From NCBI RefSeq assembly GCF_001194135.2, contig NC_068981.1:130458320-130518298 (forward strand): a DNA stretch of 59,979 nucleotides. Reading direction: 5' to 3'. This DNA comes from Octopus bimaculoides. Taxonomy: Eukaryota. Made by a program: the position numbers and the translations under genes. The notes below the pieces were generated by a model. That model had not been told where the DNA came from. It did no database searches and saw only the letters and a program-made list of their open reading frames with translations. Below, piece after piece: positions 11,205 through 22,557 of this stretch (within the stretch, counting starts at the first letter, position 1; each line of letters opens with the position of its first letter).

Positions 11205-13411
11205 TATATATATAAACTCTCACACACGTAGTAAAACATTGATCGAAGCGTGTGTGCAGAAACCTTCCCCCACAGCGATTTACTTTCTTGAGCTTTTTTG
11301 TCTCTGTGATTCCCCCCCCCCTTCCTACATTCGATAAATATAGCAGAATTCCATTTACCTGGTCGTGTGCCTATCCCTGTCAGTAATGTGTTATTTATTT
11401 GAAAATTAAAATTTATACGATCTATCTATCTATCTATCTGTATGTATATGTTTGCATTTATGTGTGTGTGTGTTAACAAAAGAACATGAGATGCATGTTT
11501 TCATTAGCTTACAGCTGTTTTTGCTATAGGTAACCGAGTTCTAACTGGTTATTAGTATCGCCATGACTAATAACTGCCCATCTTCATAGGTGTACATATT
11601 CAGTGTGTGCGCGTATATCTTTTTTTTTTTTTTTTTACTTATTTCAGCCACCCGACTGTGGCCATGCCAGGGCACCGCCTTGAAGGGTTTTAACCGAACA
11701 AATCGACCCCCAGGATTTATTTTAAAGCCTAATACCTATTCTATCGGTCTCTAATATATGTGTGTGTGTGTGTTCGTTCGTTCGATTTTTGCAAATGGGA
11801 GAACTAGGATTCAAAAGTGACACGGAGATCTGAGATATGAAACCAATGAATGGCCCTCGAAATGCTAGAAATAACAATCAGATTTCCCATGATTCATACT
11901 GTAACTTCTTAGTAAAGAATACTTGGATAATTTAGTCATAATATACTTGCACATAGGGAAAAGATGGAACTAGTGGTAATCAAGAAGGAAGTGGAGTAAT
12001 CTATGAACCCCTAGGGGAATACCTATTCCTTTCATATCACATTTCCATCCTTGGTTCTGGATGGAATACTTTTAATCATAAGCCCGCTTAATCAGAGTTG
12101 ACCTGGGACTAAGCAATATCGACTGAGATGTTTCTATCGTTGCGATTTGAAGACCTAAACTAATATAAAGAAGGAACTTCTACATCAGACATAGGCAATT
12201 TTTTTCGAGAAGCGGGCCGCATCGGACGTGGTTCCTCGTCTGACGGGTCGCGCTACTAAGAAAAATTGAAGTAATTTTTTAATTGGCCTCCAGAAAGATA
12301 TTCAGAAAGTCCCGCAGGCCGCAAGAAATAGTTGCCAAATTTCCTCAAATCGCAGTAAAGAATGAAGGAATAACTTGGACAATGTATTACAAGACGTACA
12401 AAATGAAATTAACAAAAAGATGGGGTTGTCACGGCTGAAATGTATTTGATTATCGGTCTACTAGATCAGTTCCGAGCTATGGTTAAACAATAATGGCTAT
12501 GTAAAAGCAAAAAATCTAATTCAATAAGAATTCATAAAAATCTGTTAATAGTTATTTTTAGCAGATAAACAGCATTTTATGTGGTCACAAGACATTAATT
12601 TATTCAATGGGTTTTCCACCCTTGCACATTTTTCTCTTTTTATTTATCTTTTGTGACATTCAAAGAAGACGAAAGAATTTACGCACGCACACACACACGC
12701 ACCTTGTTGCTTGTAAAATGTATTTGCATCAATGAAAGTAAACGTAAATTTCGATTACAGTAAAAAGAAAAATTCAGCTTCTCAAATAGACGTTATGTTT
12801 ATAATTTCTTGTATTCTTATATTAAAAAGAAAGACGTTAAGACTGGTTAATTCACTTGTACGATAAGGATCGTAGTGAAACTTTTGTTTTGATGTTAACA
12901 TCATGTCATCATTATTCTCTACTACTAAATAAATTACAGTATGAATTAACTGAAGGGTTTTTTTTTTCTTCCTTTCGTTTATTTGCCAAATATCAATAAT
13001 CAGTCTCTATTAAATGAAAACAACTAGAACGAACCCCCGAAGCATCCTTTCTGCATTGTTAGATAGCTTTTTATATAGCGATTGCGTCGGCGACTGCCTC
13101 CATTACATATGCTGCTAAATGATAGTGTGAAATAAAGGCATATTTTGATAGCTTCCTTTCTGCTTGTACAACTGATATTTTCCCTTCGAAAAGGAACGAA
13201 AAACTAAGCACACTCAAATTTAGTCTTTTCAGCTTATTTATATAGCGATATACGTTCAAAGTTCACATCTCAGAAATCATCTTCTTTCATCCTGGCAGGG
13301 GTTAAGAAAATATAATACCTGTCAAGTACTAGGTTCGATTTAATCAACTAAACCCTGTTCTCCTAATTTGTGACCTTATGTTGAAAAAACTTACTATTGT
13401 TATTATTATTA

Positions 13412-13612
13412 TTAGGGCGACGAGCTAACAGAATCGTTAGCATGTCGGACAAAATACTTAGCATTTTCTCCGGCTTTCTACAGTCTGAGTTCAAATGTCA
13501 CTGAGGTCACCTTTGCTTTTGATATTTTCTGGCTCGCTAAACTAAGTACCAGTTGAACAATGCTATCCTCCTCGAAAATTTCAGGCCGTGTGCCCAAATT
13601 TGAAACCGTTAT
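13412..13612 (+). mobile_element. tRNA-derived SINE (Meta-SINE-like family as at 2.4-4.4 kb)
   Basis: GGCGACGAGCTAACAGAATCGTTAGCATG...CTGAGTTCAAATG...AAGTACCAG...GGCCGTGTGCCCAAATTTGAAACC. Other copies occur at about 35255-35480 (+) and 53655-53870 (-). Confidence 0.7.
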
Positions 13613-13869
13613 TATTATGGTGTAGAAAGGATGCATTCTACTGTGAGGCGCTCCATTTGCCGTCCACACCCACTGAACAGAAGACTGGGCATGCTGTGAT
13701 GGATGATGTAAGGCATATGCTGAGTCTAAAATAAATATATCCAGCAATTCTTTGACAGTGAACACGTGTGGTCGACATTCGTCACTTGTATTTTTCCACA
13801 GCTCTTTGATAGAGCTGTAGTTTTGGGTTAAGAAAATTAATAAAAGTCAATAAGATATTTTTCATTTAC

Positions 13870-14235
13870 GTTGTTTCAGTCATTTTATTGCGGCCGTGCT
13901 GGTGCACCGCCTTGGAAGTTTAGCAGAATGAATCTATCCTAGTATTTGTTTAAAGCCTAGTCCTTTTTCTATTGTTCTCTTTTGCCGAACCGCTAAGTTA
14001 ATAGGGACGTAAACATACCAACACTGGTTGTCAAGCAGTGGTGGGGTACAAACACAGACTCAAAGACACACACACAAACTATGGGCTTCTTACAGTTTCC
14101 AACTATCAAATCCACTCAGAAGGCTTTGGTTGGCCCAAAGCTATAGTAGAGGACACCTGCCCAAGGTGCCATGCAGTAGGACTGAACCTAGAACCATGTG
14201 GTTGGGAAGCAAGCTTCTTACCACACAACCATGTC
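13870..14235 (-). mobile_element. CORE-type SINE with 3' extension spanning the CpG-decay boundary
   Basis: Collinear with the copy at 9795-10135. Confidence 0.7.
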
Positions 14236-14239
14236 TAAA

Positions 14240-15420
14240 AAGGGTGCATGTTTTCTTCAATTTGTATTATTCTTTGAGGCATTTGTTTCCATTCATTATT
14301 ATTTGCTTCTGAACTGTTTCAGAGAGATCTTTTTCTTGGCGAAAATGCTCGTAGCTTTATTTAAAAGCTGGAAAGCTTCAGGCATCTTTAGCTGTTTTAT
14401 TTGTGTGTGGTTTGGGTCTGCTTTCTCACTCTACTTGTATTTATCTTCATGGTGCTGCTTCATTTTTATGAGATCCTCATTAGATATTCCATGCAATTTA
14501 AGTAACTCCATATATTATCTTAATTTATTTCATTAAATCCAACTTGGAGTGCCAGTGCAACAATCTCCTGTTAAACATTTTGTGTTGGCTCTTCAAAATT
14601 CTTGAAGTTTGTAATGCAGTCAGGATAGATTTTTTTGCTTCATTTCTTTGTACTTGTTTTCACCTCTTGACATACCTTCATGATATGTAACCTATCATTC
14701 CTGATATGTAACCATGCCAAAATTACTTTTAGTATCATTATCTGTGAATTTAATCTGTTGGTTAAAAGTGCACCACCATAAAAAAAAAAGTTTGCTTTGA
14801 ATGTAACAGTACTATGCTAGTCCATACTATGAATTAGACTGGTAGTGCTTGAAAGCAGGAAAGATACTTGAACATGTCAGGTCATCCATGTTAGGTTGGT
14901 GATCTGGAGGAGTATTCTCCACATGGTGCAAGGCTTTGTTTTCAAGACACAAAGTAAACTGAATTTTGGAATTCCATTCTGGTGGTCTACTATTTCTTTT
15001 GCTTGCCATAAGATTAGAATTAGTGTAGTCTTTAATCTTTCTTAGCTGCTGTGTCTAAGAATGGATAAACAGCCAGTAGCTTGAACCTTAGATCTGAAAC
15101 ATTGCTACCAAATAAGAAGAGTCATGTGATTTTTGGCAGCCTTGAACTCTGGTGCAGTTTTTCTTTTCTTTAGAAATGTGTGCTTGCTTTGGTTATTTCT
15201 TTCTAAAGCAGACCAGTTTTCATCTATGTTAAAAAATATTTCTGCATTTTCTGTTATGATGGTTTTATTCCTTGTTATTTCTGTAGTTGCTACAAAAGTT
15301 ATTACACTTTCAGCACAAACTTGAATTTTTATCTTCATTACTGAGGATAGTTTCTACTGTTGTTGGTTGTGGACTGATTGCTTTTCCGATAGCTACAGCT
15401 TGTTATTGTTGAATCTCTGC
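14240..15420 (-). pseudogene. pogo/Tigger-like DDE transposase remnant
   Basis: Minus-strand fragments FFNIDENW...TFLKKRKTAPEFKAAKNHMTLL (Tigger FNxDE...APGFKAxKDRLTLL motif) and QEIVALALQVGFNEIN (Tigger C-terminal EIVxxAKxVG motif). Multiple stops and frameshifts. Confidence 0.75.
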
Positions 15421-15803
15421 AACACTTAAATTTGGTTTCTAATGTTATAAATTTTCTGTATTTTTTTTTTATTGTGCTCGTGGACATCAGTGGCATGCAT
15501 TTAACTGTCAATCAACAGGTATTAATGAAAGAATAAATATTTGCAAAGCAACATTGTGAGGTGCACTTCCTACTTCCACTCACCTCAAGACCAAGCAATA
15601 GCAAAACCTGAATCTGGCAGGCTTTGTAGTTGTTTGCTGCTTGACCTTTTTTGTTTTATACACTTGTTCCCTTCTACTTTTGTTATTTACTTCTTTGTCC
15701 CACTTTGTTATAATTTTCCTTTTAATACTGCTTAAAAGGCCAACAGAAAGGTAACTTGTTAGTGGAAACCCAAATAGAAAACCTTATGCACTTAGTACAT
15801 TGA

Positions 15804-16025
15804 AGAAAGTAAAAGACCCTCTTCGGTCATGAATGACCATGGAATTGCATCTAGAAAGTTCCCCTCCGAGGTACAAGTCCAGGTAAGGTTGTTTATGGAA
15901 GACCAGCAGTCGCCCATGCATATCAGCCTCTTCATCTCCACACCATCAATGTTGCTCAAGGACACAACACTCAACTGGTCCAGGAATCGAACTCATTACC
16001 TTATGATTGTGAGCTCGGCATTCTA
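15804..16025 (-). mobile_element. Third SINE family, partial copy
   Basis: Reverse complement of the family seen at 29494-29820, 37203-37497 and 51823-52132. Confidence 0.7.
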
Positions 16026-16699
16026 AGAAAGTACTTATGAGAATTTTAAGTGAATTAAGATCGGGTAGACATTACTTTAGAAGTATAGTAATTTGTATCT
16101 GTTAAATATGAATTCGTTTTTTACTTTATTTTTCCTTGTTCATTTTATATCTTAAGTACTGTAATAATTTAAACGATTAATTTCTCCGTGAAGTAAACAG
16201 TAGACTTATAAAGATTGTATCTTAGGTGATGATTATGAAATAAAGAAGTTGAATGATTGGTATCTTTAATTTTCATTATTCATTATTTTTTATATTTTAC
16301 TGAATTAAAAACAAGTAAAAAAAAAAAAGAAAATAACAAAACAAAAGTTCATTAGGATAGGTGTACACTTCATGAATTTTGACTTTATAGTATTTTGCTT
16401 TATTTTATTTCTCATCAGTGTTATAAGGATATGAAGATTCTTTCTAACACTAATGTCTTCACGTTTGCCTGCAATGCAAAGGGTAGATAACCTTGTAAGG
16501 ACCCTTTAACTATACATTTGGTCCTATTGTCCTATATTCCCATCAACCAAGAGAGGCACCATTACCATTGCATCACCATTGTCTTCACTTGGCATGAACT
16601 AAAGGTCTAATCCTATTTCTATGATCCTTGTGTGGATAGAAGAGAATTGCATCTATAATGAGGAAATAGAAATAAATTTTCATTTCATTGTCTTCATTC

Positions 16700-17060
16700 A
16701 TCATTGTCCCTCTGGTGACGCATCTTTAATACAGCTGGGACTACTCTCAATGCCTGGCCCATCTCTTCAGAGTCGAGTGATACTTTAGCTCCCAACAATT
16801 ATCAACACTATACAAAGCTCAGGTGAGGCTCACAAAGGAGTATTGCTCTCACATCTGGGATGGTACTGTTGTGAACACAGACAGCCTAGACAACATCTAT
16901 TAAAGGACTTGTCTAACTGATTGGCATAAAGTCACTCCCAGACACATTCCAACGTCTAACCAACAGGCATGATGTCTCCCTAGCTCCTCAGAGCTGGTTT
17001 GGTTTGTGCCATTTCCGCTGAAGCACACCTGCTCCATTCATGTTTCCTCCTCTCATCAAT
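16700..17060 (+). pseudogene. LINE (CR1/L2/Jockey-group) ORF2 C-terminal remnant
   Basis: TLYKAQVRLTKEYCSHIWDG from 16806 resembles the LYKxQVRPxxEYCSHxW motif after the RT domain. Disrupted by stops. Confidence 0.65.
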
Positions 17061-17442
17061 GTAGTTTCAGATTAATTTAAGTTGGCTATGTATCCTCCTC
17101 ATGTTGTGATCACCAATTTTACCTACCTTTTATAGACAGTTTTGCAAATCACAACAGTTTCTTTGATCATGGAAACATGGTTTGACAATCTTTGTTTATT
17201 TGAACAGAAAATAGTGACTTCTACAATTATTATTATGTCAGCTAATCAGAAACTCATCTGCCCTTATAAAAGAAAAGGGGTGGTAGTGGTCGTGGCAGCT
17301 TCTGTCAAGGACATCAATTTATTAGTATAACAAGTGTTTTCAAAATATATTTTTTGTTCAGATTTTCTTTCTGATTCATTGTTATCAGGTGCCAGAGTGA
17401 CCTGGAGCTATCATTACTGCATGCAAAAGTCATCCAATAGAG

Positions 17443-17919
17443 CATTTGTTCCCAAACTATGAGTTGCGACCCACTGATGGGTCGCGAACGAAATCCTAGT
17501 GGGTCGCAAAAAGTTATAAAATTACGCATTAGCTTTGATTAACTGCTGTCTATTGAGATAGTTCAAGACTCATATTTTCAATACCAGACTGGTTGTTTTA
17601 TCAAGCAGTAGGCTTTTTTCACGAACTTAACAAATTTTCTCAAGTTATTTATTCGTACGTAATCGTAAAAAGGAAAAGTCTGTTTTTACCTATTTATAGA
17701 GAACTTTAATTAGGTGCAGTACAACACTGATCGAGCCGCAGTTACTGCTTCGAGGTTTTGTATTAGAGTTAATACCTGCCCATAGGGTATGGAGACGTTG
17801 AAACAGTTATAAAAATTTGTTTCTTTCATTAATGTTTTTATCCAGTAGAGTTAAGTGGGTTGCCATAAACTGGTGTCATAAATAGTGGGTCGCGTCTCTA
17901 TTAAGTTTGGGAACCACTG
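17443..17919. mobile_element. hAT-superfamily non-autonomous element (477 bp)
   Basis: 8-bp TSD CAATAGAG at 17435-17442 and 17920-17927; TIRs CATTTGTTCCCAAACT / AGTTTGGGAACCACTG; repeated GGGTCGCG subterminal motifs. Confidence 0.88.
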
Positions 17920-19684
17920 CAATAGAGGATTTACACTTAGTGCTGTAAAAGGAATATCTTCCATGGCATATACTTAGAGCTGTTGTGATTTAGACTAAAG
18001 AATGTTGAGTGGCTTTGCCTAGGACATCACATCATCAGTGATTTTGATTCAAGTTTTCAGCCAGTCTACTGTCCTTCTCTTGATACTACTAGGTTTTGTT
18101 ATATTTCAGAATATTGTACAAATTTGTTGGATAGAAAAGTGATGTTATGTTATGAAATGTTAACCTTCTCTCACAAAAAATTTATGAATTTACTGTAATT
18201 ATTTTGTAATTCAACTGAAACACTACCTGGTTCTTGGGTAATTAGTTAGCTTCAGTATAGCAACTTGTTTCTGTTCCATGTACATAGGCTTATAATCTAA
18301 TTTGATATTTACTCTGATTTTACAATGAAAAACAAAACAAAAAGAAGTATCTCTTTTCTTCTCTCTTTATCTTGTAGTAATGAAGCTATCTGAAAGTTAT
18401 TTATTTTAATGTTTGTTGTAGCTCTTTGTTTTATTTTTTAATCATCACCAAAGAAAATTTCTATTAATAATCTAATTGACTTTGGTGGTAATCTTATTTT
18501 GTTCAATGCTAGTGAGAGTGTCAACACATTTAATTAACAGTTATCTGTTGGTATTAAGTGCAGCAACATTTTATTTATTTGATCTGTATGATATCTAAGA
18601 CAGGGGTGGTTATTTTACCTGTACATAAAATTCTAAATTATTTCTGATTTTAATTACTTATTTAATTGTGAAACACATAAATGTCTGGTTTTGGTGCCAA
18701 ATTCAGAAGTTCCAATCATGCAACATGCATTGCTTTTTGATGCAATATATAACTTACCTAGTAGTTGGTGTTATTGCTTACTCTTAGGCAGCTCTCAACC
18801 ACCATTCAATCCATGATCAGCCATCCTTTTACAGGCATTGCATACCTTGAACCACTTTATCCTATGTCTCTTCTTTTTTTTAAATGATGGGGTATAATTT
18901 GAAGGAAATTTGGTGGCTATTTGGGTTGAGCAGGTCAAGTGACCAGATAGAAAATCCCTCATTGGTTCATTGCATATATAAGGAGTTCAACTGGCAGTTT
19001 AACCCTTTAGCATTCAGATTACTCTGTCAAAGCTTATTTACTCACATTGTTCTGAATTAACCATGCTTTGTCTTGTAGCTTTGAGATTTTCAGTGATGTG
19101 ATTGTTTTATCTTTTATTTTTTATTTGTTTCAGTCATTGGGCTGTGGCCATGCTGGGGCACTGCTTTGAAGGGTTTAGTATAACAGATTGGTTTCAATGC
19201 TTATTTTAAAGCCTGGTACTTATTCTACAAATCTCTTTTGCTAAACTGGTTATTTATGGGGATGTAAACAAACTAACATCAGTTGTCAAGCAGTAGTGGG
19301 GAAAAACACAAGTACACATTCACATAGATGTGTGTGTGTGTGTGTATATCTATATATCATCATCATTTAACATCTGTTTTCCATGATAGCATGGATTGGT
19401 TGGTTTGATTGGAGCTGGTAAGGCTAGGGGCTGTATGAAGTTCCATTATCTGTTCTGGCATGGTTTCTATGCCTTTCCTAATTATATATATATATTCAAT
19501 AAGACATTCAATACTTCATTTCATTTTACTATTTATATTATATATTCCATATTCCACATTAATTTTATAAGAATATAAATAAGACATAAAAAACAGACAG
19601 AGTTGGAACTCTTTTAAATAATATATTCCTCTATACACGATCATACAAAAGCCTTTTTTTGTGTATTTTTTAATTTTAATTTTT

Positions 19685-19718
<34 letters not shown>

Positions 19719-20269
19719 ATAGGTGCTGGTGTGCGTGTGTGGTAAGAGCTTGCTTCCCAACCACATGGTTCTGGGTTCAACCCCACTGTGTGGCACTTGG
19801 GGTAAGTGCCNNNNNNNNNNNNNNNNNNNNNNNNNNNNNNNNNNNNNNNNNNNNNNNNNNNNNNNNNNNNNNNNNNNNNNNNNNNNNNNNNNNNNNNNNN
19901 NNNNNNNNNNNNNNNNNNNNNNNNNNNNNNNNNNNNNNNNNNNNNNNNNNNNNNNNNNNNNNNNNNNNNNNNNNNNNNNNNNNNNNNNNNNNNNNNNNNN
20001 NNNNNNNNNNNNNNNNNNNNNNNNNNNNNNNNNNNNNNNNNNNNNNNNNNNNNNNNNNNNNNNNNNNNNNNNNCACTTGATAACAAGTGTTGGTGTGTTT
20101 ATGTCCCTGTAACTTAGTGGTTCAGCAAAAGAGACTGATAGAATAAATACTAGGCTTAAAAAAATAAATCCTGGGGTTGATTTGTTCATCTAAAACCCTC
20201 CAAGGCAGTACTCCAGCATGGCTGCAATCAAATGACTGAAACAAGTAAAAGAATAAAAGAATAAAAAAG

Positions 20270-20530
20270 GGTTTAATGTCAGTTTCGACCTCCTCCTGGC
20301 TTGCGAAAGTTATGTCCCCCAAATGATTCTGTAAACTACGAAACAAATGGTAAGTCTGAAGGAGCAAGGTTGGGAGAATAAGGTGGATGAGCAATTTTTT
20401 TCCAACCAAGCTCTTTGATCTTCTGTGATGTGATCTTTGCAGTGTGGGGTCGTGCATTGTTCTGATGGAACATCACTCCTTTTCGATTCACTAAAGCGGG
20501 TCTTTTTTTCTTCAAAGCTCGGTTCAAATG
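20270..20530 (-). pseudogene. mariner transposase C-terminal remnant
   Basis: VMFHQNNARPHTAKITSQKIKELGWKKIAHPPYSPNLAPSD followed after a frameshift by LFRSLQNHL. Confidence 0.9.
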
Positions 20531-20667
20531 CTCTAATTGCTATACTAATATGGCTTTAGGGTTATGTAGCTTTAATTTTGTGAATATTTACTGAATGATG
20601 TGATAGCTTGAAGGACAGGAAAAAATGCTGAGACATGTTCTGCATGAAACCAAACAGTAAAGTTAAT

Positions 20668-20916
20668 TATTTACATTATTTACAATTGATGACTATTTGT
20701 CTTCATCTTGTTTGTTGTTAACACAACATTTCAGCTGGTATACCCTTCAGCCTTCATCAGGTGTCTTGGGGAAATTTTGAACCTGGGTTTCCCCAAGACA
20801 CCTGATGAAGGCTGGAGGGTATATCAGCCAAAACATTGTGTTAACAACAAACAAGATGAGGATAAATATCCGTCAATTGTAAATAATGTACATAATTTCT
20901 CATCTCTTAAATATAG
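20668..20916. mobile_element. Penelope-like foldback element with two inverted decayed hammerhead-ribozyme motifs
   Basis: About 100-bp inverted arms (20672-20773 and 20788-20890); CTGATGA-stem-GAAA cores at 20720-20765 (-) and 20797-20842 (+); 15-bp direct repeat AACAGTAAAGTTAAT at 20653-20667 and 20917-20931. Confidence 0.7.
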
Positions 20917-21938
20917 AACAGTAAAGTTAATGCCGACATACTTTGTTATGTGCTATGCTATCAGTTAGCTAAATGTTGTTTCTCTTCATCACAAGTGTAA
21001 ATTTTAATTAAGATTTCTTAGCTCACTATGTTACCATTTAATTAGGAGTAGATTTGTTTGTTTGAGGATTACATATGATATTTATTGAAGTATAGCTGAA
21101 GCTAATAACAGCCTGAATCCAGTGTTTATTTCAATGCAGCTACTTTCATCAAGGCAGAAAGAGATAAATAAAGAGCGTTGTCAATACTGGAAGATGTAGT
21201 GGGTGCATATCATATCTGGATTAATCAGGAAACTGTAAAATCAATACAAAACCATACCAGTATGGAAGGAAGTAAGGAAGAATTATCATCTTTTACCTGT
21301 TTCAGTCTTGGGTCTGTGGCCATGCTGAGGTATTCCTTTGAAGGAATACCCCAGTACTTATTTCTAAGCTTGGTACTTATCTTATTTCTATTGGTTTCTT
21401 TTGCTAAACTGTTAAGTTGCTGGAATGTAAACAAACTAACATGGGTTGTCAAGCAGTGGGGGGGGGGGNNNNNNNNNNNNNNNNNNNNNNNNNNNNNNNN
21501 NNNNNNNNNNNNNNNNNNNNNNNNNNNNNNNNNNNNNNNNNNNNNNNNNNNNNNNNNNNNNNNNNNNNNNNNNNNNNNNNNNNNNNNNNNNNNNNNNNNN
21601 NNNNNNNNNNNNNNNNNNNNNNNNNNNNNNNNNNNNNNNNNNNNNNNNNNNNNNNNNNNNNNNNNNNNNNNNNNNNNNNNNNNNNNNNNNNNNNNNNNNN
21701 NNNNNNNNNNNNNNNNNNNNNNNNNNNNNNNNNNNNNNNNNNNNNNNNNNNNNNNNNNNNNNNNNNNNNNNNNNNNNNNNNNNNNNNNNNNNNNNNNNNN
21801 NNNNNNNNNNNNNNNNNNNNNNNNNNNNNNNNNATCATTTAATGTATAAAACATAAGTTTTATCAGAGAAGTTTCCAATTCACTGGATGCAGGCAAATAT
21901 TATTTTTACTGTATTACAAAGGAACACCTTTTGAAAAA

Positions 21939-21974
<36 letters not shown>

Positions 21975-22183
21975 GTGTGTGTGTGTGTATAGAGTTCTAT
22001 CTGATCTTTATCTTAATGGTCCCTTGGAAGATGACAATTTAAATTTAAATAGTTATCAGCCTTTTCAGTATTAGTCTATATTAAATTAGTCTCTCCTGTG
22101 ACCAGTATTACATATTAAGTTGCTCATATAAAACATGTCATATCTTATCTTGTTCCATGCCATATATTTTAATCGTTCTACAG

Positions 22184-22233
22184 CTCTACTGCTTTTGTTC
22201 TGAAACCTCTTTGTTCATTAAGCTGCATTGAAG
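22184..22233 (+). CDS. Possible short exon (STAFVLKPLCSLSCIE)
   Basis: Acceptor TTTAATCGTTCTACAG, donor GAAG|GTAACC, single open frame. Confidence 0.25.
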
Positions 22234-22336
22234 GTAACCTAGTTAGAAGAGAATATTTCTCCTTACATATTATAAGGTTTTATTTAATTAGAAATTACTT
22301 TTATGCTGAAGCCATGACTAAAATGCAAAGGCTTAA

Positions 22337-22557
22337 CCCTTTAATGTTCAGATTACTCTGTCAAATGTAATGCTTATTTATTCACATTGTTTTGAATTAA
22401 TCATGCATTGTCTCGTAGCTTTGAGATTTTGATGATGCGATTTATTAGTTTTAGGAGAACATCATAGGGGTTGGTATGAGAGGAAAAATCTGGCTAGTTT
22501 GAATATAAAACAGGTAGAATATTTGGCCCAGATATAGCAATTTTAAATACTAAAAGG
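22337..22557. mobile_element. piggyBac-like MITE (TTAA target site)
   Basis: TTAA|CCCTTTAATGTTCAG...TAAATACTAAAAGG|TTAA. Same family at about 19.0, 25.6, 31.3, 32.8 and 36.8 kb. Confidence 0.7.

Noticed and set aside
11520-11534. RFX X-box-like TTTGCTATAGGTAAC
   Set aside because: Imperfect match, not near a supported TSS, and expected by chance.
13478-13817. Minus ORF SIKELWKNTSDECRPHVFTVKELLDIF... and a competing plus donor GAT|GTAAGG at 13707
   Set aside because: Conflicting strands, the ORF runs into a SINE, and the donor on minus is weak; possible but unsupported.
21140-21280. Acceptor-like TGCAG followed by LLSSRQKEINKERCQYWKM
   Set aside because: All frames hit stops before a good donor; more likely a decayed LINE fragment.
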